64,000 nucleotides of DNA from the NCBI GenBank assembly GCA_021613535.1, contig CP075496.1:3410001-3474000 (forward strand), read 5' to 3'. The notes beneath the pieces are model-generated. The model was not told the DNA's origin, ran no database searches, and saw nothing but the letters and a program-made list of their open reading frames with translations. How positions within the stretch are numbered: position 1 is the stretch's first letter; each line of letters starts with the position of its first letter. A program made the position numbers and the translations under genes. Positions 52,001-64,000 of this stretch are shown here, piece after piece. The DNA comes from Adineta vaga (Eukaryota > Animalia > Rotifera).

Positions 52001-53343
52001 GTATCATTAAAAACTGTGTTGGAAAAGATTTAACAAAAATTCCAATTCCCGTTAATTTTAGCGAACCAATATCTATGTTACAACGTATAACAGAAGAACT
52101 TGAATATAGTTCAGTACTTGATACAGCAGCAAAAATTAATGATAGTTGGGAACAATTAGCATATGTTGCTGCATTTACAATTTCATCATATTCAACAACA
52201 ACAACACGAGTTAATAAACCATTTAATCCGTTACTTGGTGAAACATTTGAATGTGATCGAACGGATGATTTAGGTTGGAAGTCCATTGCTGGTAATGATT
52301 CATTTGAATATATCATTTAAGATTGAAAATGAATGTTTTGATTTAGAACAAGTTAGTCATCATCCACCTGCTTTGTCTACATATGCAGAAGGTCAAGGAT
52401 GGACATTATATCAAGAATTTACTATGACATCGAAATTTCGTGGTCAATATTTAAGTATTACACCATTAGGTAACTATCGAATATAATGGCATTAACTATC
52501 TACATGATTCTTCTACATATAGGTCATTCTCATTTAATCTTTAAAAATACTGGTAATCATTTTACATGGAGAAAAGTCACTACTCTTGTCAATAATATAA
52601 TCGTTGGTAAACTTTGGATCGATAATGTAAGTCATACAAAAATAGAATCTAACTGAAACAATGCCTATTTATCATTAACAGGTTGGTGAAATGGATATTA
52701 TCAATCATACAACAAAAGATGTTTGTAAATTAAAATATTTCCCTTATAGCTATTTTTCTAAAGATGTTCCACGAAAAGTAACCGGCGTCGTAACTGATGT
52801 CAATGGTCAAGCTCGTTGGGTATTAACTGGTAAGATTTAAATTTGACTTTTTGAAATTTTGTTTTTTTTAATACTCTTATTATATTAGGTACATGGACAG
52901 AGAAAATCGAAGGTGGTCCAGTTGAAGCTTCATCAGGTCGCCATGCACATTCGCATCATATGGAAACACGAAATATGAAATTATTATGGCAACGTAAAAT
53001 GCCTCCACCACATCTTGAAAATATGTATAATTTCACTCAATTGGCTGTTGAATTGAATGAAATGGAGTCCGATGTTGCTCCGACGGATTGTCGTCGTCGT
53101 CCTGATCAACGTTTAATGGAAGAAGGACGTTGGGATGAAGCTAATCAAGAAAAATTACGTCTCGAAGAAAAACAACGACAAACACGGCGTGCACGCGAAA
53201 TTGATGGACATGATCCATATAAATCGAAATGGTTTAAAAAATCGCATGATGCATTTACCGATTCGGAAATACATTCTTATACAAGCGAATATTGGGAATG
53301 TAAACAAAAACAAGATTGGTCAAGATGCGATGATATATATTAA
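49005..53343 (+). CDS. OSBP: oxysterol-binding protein (PH, FFAT and ORD domains), multi-exon; apparent 1-nt frameshift near 50605
   Basis: PH domain GWLYKWTN/YLKGYQKRWF; FFAT motif EEFYDA; ORD LWSIIKNCVGKDL, EQVSHHPP, PTDCRRRPDQR, EKLRLEEKQR. Confidence 0.9.
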
Positions 53344-53736
53344 TTAAGTAAAACAAAATTTCACACAAGAACTATTATTTCTCTGATTTCATTTTCTTAT
53401 ATTTATTGTCTATGCGTATGTGCACATTCAACGTCTGATGCAAAATATAAAAAATTCTCTGCTAACCGAACTATTTTGCTATCTCTCAATTGATTGCTTT
53501 CTCTTCTTTTTCTATGTTCTGTATCGTTAGTTTTAAACAAGCATACTTTTATTAGATATATGTGTAGATATATATATATATTCAAGAAACATTTTCAGAC
53601 AATAAGTAAACAGTATTGATTGATCTTTTTTCTCTCTCATTTGATTTTTTTATTCTATGCTTAAATATATTTTAGATAATGCCACAAACAAACTTGATTA
53701 AAGTTATCGAATTTAAATAAATATATTTAACAGGAA

Positions 53737-56700
53737 ATGATTCATTTAATATTGGTTTTCGTTTTGGTCGTCTCTTCGACAGCAGACAAGAATCCATTGA
53801 TTGGTATGTTTTTTTTAGTATTCGATGAATATTCAAATGAAATCTTTTTTTTTCAAGGTTATGATTTTGCACAACAGTATTCTCGTATTCGTATATTCGA
53901 ATTTGATAGTTATGCAGATGTTAAATTTCTTAAATTTAATATTCAAGGTCCGACAACATTAGCTAATTGGTCTATAACTCTTTCCACAGAAGGAAAATGT
54001 ACTGATAATGTTGATCATATTCATTTGTATGTCAATCTATAAACTTTAAATAATGATTTCATTACTTTCTCAAATCATTTAGTTATCTTCAACAAGGTGC
54101 ATATCCATTAATAGCACCTCGAAATGAATCATTTCCACAATCGTACATATCTTCTCGTCATAATCTTTTTAAACTAGTTTTTAATCAAACATTAACTAAT
54201 CCATTAATTCAATTAAATAATCCTACCATTGGAACATGGTTTACTATGGTAAATATCTGCAGATTATTCTTTATATATATATGTCTAGAGAATCTTGTTT
54301 CTTTTAAGACATTTATCGAACGTCAAACATCTGTGATTAAACCAAAAGTAAGTTTTATTAACTATAGACTACTCTTTACAAAATTTTGTTGTATTTTCTT
54401 CTATAGATTTCTACTGGATGTAATTTTTATTTATCTACTTGGCTTGATTATCGAATACTATCAACGATATCTTCATTAATTATCGATCAACCAATTCAAG
54501 TTGTCATGACTCATAATAATACATCGATTTATGCTTCGTAACTATTCCTCTATCTTTTCGTTTTCTGAACTAAACATAAAATATCTATTGCTTTGTAGAC
54601 ATTATACATCTATAGAAAATTCTCAATTAACATTTCTATCAGAATGGTCGTCAAATGTTTGTGAAATCAATATATTTGCTCGATTAAATGCTCTTCCAAA
54701 TGCACGCCTCTATGATTATAAAACAGGTCTGACACAATAAAGTAATATTTAACATTACAAATGTATTGATCATCTTCTAGTTTGTAAGAATACAACTTGT
54801 TCCATGAAAATTGATCAAATCTCTTCCTTAACAACGATTTATTTTCAAATTACATCGGATAATCTCTCGTGTCTGATAGAGCCTTTGCATGGTGTTTTAC
54901 TTCTTCGTACAACAGGTATCTAGAATCTCATTCAAAATTATCCTCTCAACCGTATTTTGTCTTTTATAGAATGTTTATCTTCTGTTGATCATCGTTGTAT
55001 TCAACCATATCCAACACGACGAATTATGTTTAATTATTATTATGATTTTTTATATGTACCTATTTATACACCTGATCGTTACAGTAGCGGTAGTACTAGT
55101 TCAATAACATTAAATAATAAAGATTTATCGTTATATTCATATGAATTTATAACTGATGATAGAAATTTAGGTGGAACATTACATTTTGATTTTGAATCTC
55201 GAGTTATGGTAAAGTTCAATCGAATAATCATAAAAGAAAAACTTTCATGAGAAATATCTTTTCTATTTTTGTAGCTTTCTGTTCCATCCCATGTAAATAT
55301 TACTATCCTCGGATGTTTATCAAAATATCAACCACGTAAATATGGTAACTGTGAATCAGCTTTTACAATCATAGTTGAGAAGAATTCCATTTCAATGAGA
55401 TCATTACCATATCCAGAAATAGCTCATTGGTATTTAACTTTAGAATATAATTGTTCTGGGTAAGTTGAAAATTCTTGTTCGATTATACAGAAAAAAAAAG
55501 GAAAACATTTGTTTTTTTGTATTAGTTCGGAATCTGAATGTGCCAATAGTTCTTTATCATTAATGTTTCAAATCTCATCATCACAATGTACAAAACAACA
55601 ATGTGGAATATATGGAATTTGTCGAATAATGACATCACAACAAAATATTTTCTCCACATGTACTTGTCTTGCCGGTAAGTAATGGGAATTCAGGATGAAT
55701 ATTTTATCTAAGTTCAATAAAATAGGAAAGTTTTTTTGATCGATACATCGCGTAGGTAATATTTTTGATGAATAAAATCTGTTGCTGCTTGAGATAATCG
55801 TTCTATCGCTACGAAATCATTCTTCTCTTTCGAAAATGTAAAGAAATACTAATCGATATTCTATTCGTTTCTTTTTCATTTTGATAAAATAATTATATTT
55901 ATTTAGGTTATCGTGGATATGGTTGTACAGATGATACTCATGCATATGCTTCGAAAAGTTTAACTAATGTACTCTTTTTAACATTGAGTAATTGTATGTT
56001 TATACCAGCTATTGTATTAGCAACTTACAGACGTTTACATATCGAAGCATTGGTTTATTCCTTTAATATGTTTTTCTCAACAGTAATATTACTTTTTTCT
56101 TCTTTTACAACAATATTTATTTGTTCTTTATAGTTTTATCATGCATGTGATCAGGATATTAATAAATTTTGTATATTTAAATATGATGGTTTACAATTAT
56201 CTGATTTTATTGGCTCATATGCATCTTTTGTTATTACATTAATTACAATGGCAATAATTCCACGTTCAATCAAAGTATTTCTATTTATGTTAGGATTGTT
56301 AACTTGTATTGTTATAAATTCACGTGATCGTTTTGATCATTTACAATTTATTGGTTTAATCAGTATTACATTTTTATTCACAGTTTTAACTTGGGTAAGA
56401 GAAAATAATGTCTTCATTGATTAATTCGATTGTATCTTTATATTTAGATTATTGTTTCAATAAGATATCATCATTTACGACCATCAACAAAACGGTTTCT
56501 ATTAGTTATTCCCGGCTTTTTATTAGCCTTAGCTGGATTAGTTTTATTTGCATTCTGTGAAACAGATGAAAACTATTGGTATACACATAGTTTATGGCAT
56601 ATATTAATTGCCAGTTCAATCCTTTTCTTTCTTCCACATAATAAACGCTATATCAAAGGTAAGAATAAAGAAATACAAGACTAACAAGTTTTTGTTTGGA

Positions 56701-57225
56701 TAAAAATAATGATAATAATCAATTAGAAAAGAAAGATCAACACCAAGTAAATCTACCGCTGATTAGAAGAAAAAAAATATCAGGTGATCAAAAGGATATG
56801 CATTGTGCTTTATCCACATATAGAGCATGTTCAATGCATGAAGATAGTAATCGAATGATACAGATTCGAGTAATTGAAAGATGATAAATCACACTTTATT
56901 CTTAATTTGATCGTCCCAATGGTTCACTAAAACATTTTTAACAAATAGAATCTCCTATAACGAACGAGTAGCTTGTTTTTATTGGGAATGTTTGCTTTGC
57001 GCGTATCAACTTTTTTTTAATAATTCAAAACAAGAATTATTATCTTTTTTTTCAGAATCTGTTATACAACGAATAGAAACTTCTGAACCAATTGTGACAA
57101 CGGAACCTGATAGTCCAACGGTCGGCCTTTCAAATCAAACAGTAGTCATGCCAATTGACAATACATCGCTCTCCTCATCGAATACTGATTCATCAAAAAA
57201 ATCAACTGATAACCTTTTGCCTTAA
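53737..57225 (+). CDS. TMEM8/PGAP6-family protein (signal peptide, EGF-like domain, 7TM), multi-exon
   Basis: CGIYGIC...CTCLAGYRGYGCTD, LTLSNCMFIPA, FYHACD, NYWYTHSLWH. Confidence 0.88.
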
Positions 57226-57726
57226 GTTTGACAGTTTTTGTTCTCATTTTTTTATTATATATTGAATTCAATGTGATCTGTCCAATATTCTCTGTTATTT
57301 CTATCTGTGTGTGTGTGTGTGGGTGTGCGTCTTTCGGCTACAATTTTTGTTTCTTTTCTGTTTAACTCTAGTCGTTTTCTCTTTTTCTACATCTATCGAT
57401 CGATTGATGTGACTATGTTCTACTTCTTTTTTTTCCTTCTCTATCTCACATGGAAAACAACGAAAAGAGATGGCGCTAATTAATATTTGTAATTTGTCTT
57501 GCAATAGAACAATATTTTTTTTTAAATAGTGATTATTCATATTCAAATAAATTAAAAGTACTTCGAAGAAATTTAAAAATTAATTTTGTATAATTATCAA
57601 ATCACAACGTTCGTTCATTGTCTCATATGATGATTAACTATTCGTCTGTCCTATGTCTCAGACAATGGTCAACCAACACTATTATTAGATTCATCATCAC
57701 ATCAGTAGAGTTTTCGAGATTGAACC

Positions 57727-59890
57727 ATGTGTACCTATCATGGTATACTGGAAGAATACCCTCTCATATCGATTGATTCGTTTGAAAGCTATAATTATAC
57801 GAGTACAATGTATTTCATAACACATATTCATTTGGATCATCTTGTTGGTCTTGAACGACCCGAATTCGGTAAACATGTAGCTAAAATCAATGCACCGATC
57901 TATATGTCAGATATTTCTAAACAATTATTAAGTATAATGCCATTATATCGACATTTAGTACCATATTTTAAATCCGTTCCAATTGATCAACCATTTACTT
58001 TAACTATTCAATCAAATGATCCTGTTCAAGCAAAGAAAAAAGAAGGTGGAGGTAAATAATCATTGATTTTATTGTTTCCTATGATTTAATTTCGAATTTT
58101 AGATAATGAAAGTTTAAAAAATACTCTCTCATCTCATACACCTAATGTCGGTGAAACAATTGTGGTGACTTGTTTTGGTTCAGGACATTGTCCTGGTTCC
58201 ATTATGATTTGGATTGAAGGTGCTCATGGAAATGTTTTATTTACCGGTGATTTTCGTCTTTATCATGGTCAAAGTAAACGTTTAGTACATCTTCATCGAC
58301 GACGTACAGATAACGATGATAATTATATTTTCAAACCAATTGATAATATTTATATTGATATGACATTTTTTCGACCGGAAATTTTACATATACCAACACG
58401 TGAAGTTAGTTGTGAAGCACTTATTCTCTGGATAAAATCTTTATTAAAAGAAAAATCAAATGTTCATTTTCATTTCAAACAAAGGTATCCATCTGACCAT
58501 GATTTACATTTTCTTTCTCTAAACATGTTATTTTTTAGTGCTCGTGTTGGTTATGAACAAATTTATCGAGTATTATATGATAATTTAAATATGCGTGTAC
58601 ATGTTGAACAGAATCAATATGAATTCTTTGCTTGTTTACCAATTATTCAAGAATGTTTAACAACTGATCCAACGATAACACGTTTACATGCATGTCGTTC
58701 AGCGGCATCAAATTATACTGAACCATGTTCATTATTTCGAAATTGTGATAAACCTATTCGAATATTCTTGTCAATTATGTGGTTTACAGAACAAATTGCT
58801 GCAAGTAATTTCAAGTTTCTTATTTTACAACAGACTAACTGAAAAGTTTCTCTTTTCAGATGAATTATTAGTTGAATATCATGAATATCATTCAAATTTT
58901 CATCAAAATTTATCCAAACGTTGTCTTGGCTTTCATGATTATGAAACTGATATTACATATCCCGATAAATATTTAGGTTATCGATTGTGTTATTCATTAC
59001 ATTCATCATTTTCGGAAATAGTTGATGTATTGAAAACATTGAAACCAAAACGTGTGATACCTATCGCTTCACCATTAATAAGTCTAATGACAACGAAGCG
59101 TCTTTTTCAAACTATTAATTATTTTATTCAAGATAATGAATCATCAATGGCGACGCTTGTCAAACTCAATGAAACACTGCAGAAAAAAGTGATTAATCAA
59201 CAAATTCAACTTAAACATCGTTATGAATCGTTTGAAACAAAACTTGAACGAAAACGACGAAGAAAATTATTCAAAGAACAACAACAAAGAAAAGCAAATG
59301 ATGAAGAATTGGACTTAGGATTAAATGATGAAAGAGAAGAAAATCTTTTACAAAGAATCACATCTTTAAATCAATCAATCACTAAACCGACGAAAACAAA
59401 TTCTTTCCAACAATCAATTTGTTGTACGTAAAAAAAGTTGTTCTCTTTTTGACTTCATTGTAATGATGATAGAGATTGGTAGATATTAATCTTCAAAGAT
59501 TTCCGACAGATAGTGATAACAATAAAAGTAAAGTACTAGATTATCTTTTGTTTTCTTTTAGCTCTTTCGATGGATATATCAATAACCGATGATGAAAACC
59601 TTAGAATTGAAACTGATCCACCAACGTTTATTTCATGTGAAGAAGCAACTCCATTACTCGATGATTCATCAAATTTAATCTCCATGGAAGAGGAATTTCA
59701 TAGTAGTGTTGATAATTTATCAACATCAGAAGTTATACCAATCAATGATCATAAATTTATCGATTCAGATATACACCGTGAACGTACAATATCAGAGACT
59801 TCATCGGATACGGTTGATTATGATTTCGATCGTGAAACATGTGTAACATTAACATTAGAATCTCAACAAACATCCTTTTCACTTTCTTGA
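57727..59890 (+). CDS. DCLRE1C: Artemis nuclease (metallo-beta-lactamase/beta-CASP), multi-exon
   Basis: EYPLISIDSF, THIHLDHLVGL, GHCPGS, LFTGDFR, YIDMTF, YSLHSSFSEI. Confidence 0.9.
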
Positions 59891-59972
59891 AATCAAGATA
59901 ATCAATGATAGATAGGAATTTAGTTTCTCTTTTTCTATTATGAATATTTATGTAAGACTTGTTTTGTAGATA

Positions 59973-60561
59973 ATGAGTTCATTAGCTTTATCTGTTCTAA
60001 CATTAACTCTTGGCATGTATTTTATTCTAATGGGTCAATTTAAAATAACATCAAGATATTTTCCCGATATATACGAAGATATGGTATGAATTATTTTCTC
60101 GAATTATTTGACGTTTATTTTTATTCGATTAGAAACTAGAATTTGGTCGTAATAATAAAGTCTTTCCATTCTATCAACTGACCGGTTGGCGTCCATATGC
60201 AAAAAATTATCGTCTAACTATTGGAATTACTGAAATTACTTGTGGAATCATTTTTCTTCTTATACCTGGTAAATATAAGTCTCTTTTTCTGATGAAAAAA
60301 ATATTTTTTTCTATGAATTTATTTCCAGGTCGATTGAAACAATTAGCTAATATTATTCTGTTGATGATAACACTAGGCGGAATTTATACTCATTATGCAT
60401 TACATGATAAATTTGATCGTATGGCACCTGGAATAATCTTTAGTTTACTTTTATCTACTCGTTTTATTATCTCTCGACATTTCAAATATTTAAGTCTAGA
60501 TCAAAAAACTGAAAACATTATAAATACACAAGATTTATCTGCACAGAAGAAAAACAATTAA
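59973..60561 (+). CDS. TMEM35/NACHO-like DoxX-family membrane protein, 3 exons
   Basis: MSSLALSVLTLTLGMYFILMGQFKIT...KVFPF...YRLTIGITEITCG...GGIYTHYALHDKFDRMAP. Confidence 0.8.
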
Positions 60562-61243
60562 AAAAATGTGTTTAGTATGTCTATATATAGTTTTCTTATC
60601 TGAATATTTCGATGTTGTTAGTATTATATTCAAATAAATCTTCTCAAGATTGTCAACAATAATTCTTCGATGGCTTTGTGATAAATATAGAACATCATGG
60701 TCTTCTTTTTGTTGATTAAAGTATAGAAAATTTCAGGTTGAAATGCTCCTTTACTACCATGCTCTATTTCATAATAAAGAAAAGTTTTATAGTACATAGT
60801 AACCATACAAAACAAAGTATTTTGAGTTCATACAATAAAACATGCTTTGTATTGTATGTTAATTAATTCCTTGGTAAATAAATTCTTAAGCAGTTTACTG
60901 ATAAATACTTCTGTTTTATAGTACATCATTTGAAAAACTTCAGACTTGAATGATCACTTATTAAATAAATGAACTCGCAATTGATTAGAGAAATCAGATT
61001 TGTTTTAATAGTTTTAAAAATATATATATATAAGTCGGGAAATAATATGGATTTTATTATTTACGTACAATCTTTCAGAATATGTGATGTTTGCTGTTTT
61101 CTTTTGTAACATATGTATGTTTGATAAAACAGATAAAAAGTATACGACATAGATTGAGTAATGATAGTTAAAAAAAAAGAATTTCTCTTTTCTTTGAAAT
61201 GTCGAAAAAAAAAGATCTTAATAATGAGATAGATTTTCTCGAT

Positions 61244-61633
61244 TTATGTAACACGATTTTCTTCTTTTGGTCGAAAGAGAATTCTTGATGGATGTTTTTC
61301 TTTATAACTACTGTATAATTGTTGTAATAGACGCATTTCTTGTTTCATTTCGTCTGTACCATCAGCTTCATTGTTATTATTGTCATCATCATCATCATCA
61401 TGTGATAACTTGTTCAGATCGGAATAAAGATCTGTAGGTAAATCTTCTCGACGAACTAATTTTACTTTAAATGCATCATAGTAATCTTTAACAGCTTTGA
61501 GATAATTTTCAATTTGTTCTTTGGTTTTAAAACGTAGCGGTCGCTCAGGTGGTGGTGGAATATCAAGATATGAGGATAATATACATGAAACTAATGCACA
61601 AAACAGCACAAGAGTCACGCACGTGTTGTTCAT
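61244..61633 (-). CDS. secreted NPY/NPF-like neuropeptide precursor with a non-canonical C-terminus
   Basis: Signal peptide; PPPPERPLRFKTKEQIENYLKAVKDYY matches the NPF PP-fold pattern; dibasic RR followed by an acidic C-peptide. Confidence 0.75.
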   Translation of the reverse strand: MNNTCVTLVLFCALVSCILSSYLDIPPPPERPLRFKTKEQIENYLKAVKDYYDAFKVKLVRREDLPTDLYSDLNKLSHDDDDDDNNNNEADGTDEMKQEMRLLQQLYSSYKEKHPSRILFRPKEENRVT

Positions 61634-62711
61634 TCTAAAACAAAAAGTATTTACGATGATTTAATCTGAATCTGAGAACGTTCTTTTTCTCCCTCTCTAT
61701 TATGGAACTTACTATGTACCTTCTAGTGTAAGAAGGAAATGTCTGATGATGAACTCTTATCTCAGTTGAACAAAACAAATTCATCTTCTTTTTCGCATGA
61801 CAAAATATTTTGCTGTTTATCTTTTCATCTTCGATGACAACGGTTAATTATATAGATAAACTAGATCTCTTGTTCAAGACATAATATTTATTTGCTATTA
61901 ACCCTAGAGATAATTAATATAGATATTTGCATCCGAATAAACTCACGCGATCGATTTTAACCTAAACTACATAAATCATCAGACTGCTTCTGCTGCTCGA
62001 AATGCTATTATATTCAAAAGCTAATCAGACCATCTACCTGTTTACTTTTCTTCTCGCTGATTTCTAAAATCTAAACACCGAGCAACTAAAACTCATTAAG
62101 ATTCTATAAACTAGACTTTTTTTGCACCTCGATATCTATGTGTTTAACCGAGTCTAAAATTAAATTTACAGTTGAAAGAAACTCAGGAAAAAGAATGAAG
62201 TAGAAAAAAAACCGTGATTTTACAGCATATTACACAATAAAGTAAGATTTCTTAAATGAAAAAAAACATCGCTCAGTGTATATCTGACTGCAAATATTGT
62301 TATATAGCTCATGTTTAAGATGTCATATTTATAGATTTAATTCTGTTAAAGAAAAGGACATTCTTCAACATACAAAAGAAAAAAAGCATCTTAAGAAAAG
62401 CAGAAACAAACGTAAATTCGATTCTCTTAATGCACAAAAAGTATTAGAAGTTTCTCGTTGTTATTACTAAAAAGCGAAATCATACTTACTCTTCAGTTTA
62501 ATTAAATTTCTCAAGAATAAAATAAATTTTTGAGCGTGATAAACAAGTTTCAATTAACAACAGTTGTCTCTATTGGAATGGACTACTGTAAACGAGACGA
62601 GTTTTGTTCTTTATGAAAAGGCCTAATAAAACTTTAAAGATAACTAGATATATATATATATATACTTCTCTTTTTCTGAAGAGAAAGAAGAGAGATTAAG
62701 CAAGAAATTCT

Positions 62712-62737
62712 GAGAGAGAGAGAGAGAGAGAGAGAGA
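62712..62737. repeat. (GA)n microsatellite
   Basis: Uninterrupted GA run. Confidence 0.85.
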
Positions 62738-64000
62738 AAAATGAAAAGAGAAACATTTACACATAGTCCAGCTGTTTATGTTTGTCAACTCGAGATTGAC
62801 GTAAAAGAAAAGCAAATATGACATTTCTCTATGAAGAAACGATGTCTTTCCATTATACTTACTTAGATTACAAGAACAGATCAGATAAAAATCTTCTCAT
62901 AATTTATTGAAAATGTTCTGAAAATTATCTTACATCATTCCTTAAACTCCTTGAGGACAAATACAAACTTAATGATTTGATTTAATCCTTAAAACATCTT
63001 TTCAGTCATGTCTTGTACTTTCAAAAGAACGAACGAACGAACGAACGCCAACGTATACGTAGGCGTTCTAATACAATCAATCTTAATAAAAAAAAATCAT
63101 ATTTGTGTTCAAAAATCTATTATATGAAATGGACGATTATAACAAATATGGTAGGCGTTCATCTCGAACTGATAATGACATTTCCATTATATATCTATCA
63201 AAATCTGGTGAGATATACCGTTTTACAAATTCCATCAATGTCATGAGTTTTCAATTTGTTTTCTCACACTTCCTTTACATTAATAAGAGATGATTAAATG
63301 AGCAATTAATAATCGTTTTTTTTCGACTCAAGTTGACCTAATAACATCCTATAATTTTAAGGGCATTTTAAAATCCGTTGATTTTAACGTTACAGATACG
63401 TATTGACATATTTATAGAACTCAAGGCTAATTAGATTTTTGTTTTGATGTACTCGTTTATAGCGAAAAAGATTTGAAAATAAGATTACAGAGGCAGATAT
63501 GTTGAACAAGATGAACTAATCCTTTTCCATCAAATACCGCTTAATGAATACTATTTTAGATATCTTGAGTGAGCTTTTGATGCATGTAGATAGAAGAAAG
63601 TACGTTAATATGCATTCGAATTTTGCTTTTCTGAATGTTATAACTTCGCTTATCAATATTTATCAGTAAAAACATCGTATGAAATCAAAATGAGAAGAAA
63701 TAATTAGAACTTACTTGTAAATTGAATTCGAAGAGAGTGAAAAGTTAGTTTCTTTTGTTTATTTGATTTTTAATTCCATACGAAGATTGTTCCTTTAAAA
63801 AATCTTCTTTTTTTTTAATATCACAGAAACTTCGAATGAGAAAATCAAAGCTCGCACATTCTTTCGATTTATTATGAAAGTTACTCAAAGCAATTTCTTT
63901 TTCTAAAACGTAACCTAATGATCATTCATTTCATTGTTATAGTTATTTACAATATAGACAGACTTTTGTTGAGAGTTCCTTCTTCAACGGTAGTTTACTT

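Noticed and set aside
63013-63293. Possible GPCR-like remnant
   Set aside because: Short, non-ATG starts and no diagnostic motif.
1-64000. CRISPR arrays, tRNA genes, prokaryotic operons or defence systems
   Set aside because: No repeat-spacer arrays or tRNA cloverleafs were seen; gene structure is spliceosomal and eukaryotic throughout.

Overview
AT-rich, gene-dense eukaryotic DNA with short GT-AG introns (about 50-65 nt). It is most likely a bdelloid rotifer; this is inferred from intron style, a mariner element, an expanded-family TPR remnant and apparently non-metazoan genes. In order, the window holds: a weak decayed cadherin-like region; a full-length but dead mariner transposon; a minus-strand block (PSMB3, ATP6V0D1, EXOC1, three tandem atypical tetraspanins, a protocadherin); an intronless GGCT/cytochrome-b5-like fusion gene; a ROR-type receptor pseudokinase; an accessory island (orphan ORF, solo 5S rRNA, decayed OPT transporter, TPR fragment); a second minus-strand block (TOMM7, CPEB2/3/4-like, USP6NL-like RabGAP, POLE4); a plus-strand block (C6orf136-like, OSBP, TMEM8/PGAP6, DCLRE1C, TMEM35); and an NPY/NPF-like precursor. 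Four signals stand out. First, the three tetraspanins carry Thr/Gly-rich inserts and furin-type sites in the large extracellular loop and share an upstream motif. Second, the NPF-fold peptide has lost its RFamide/amidation end. Third, three housekeeping gene pairs are separated by only 82-109 bp with unpaired splice acceptors, suggesting trans-spliced operons. Fourth, the GGCT-cytochrome b5 fusion is a candidate horizontally acquired gene. Exon boundaries were read by eye and are approximate; family calls come from motif recognition, not database searches.
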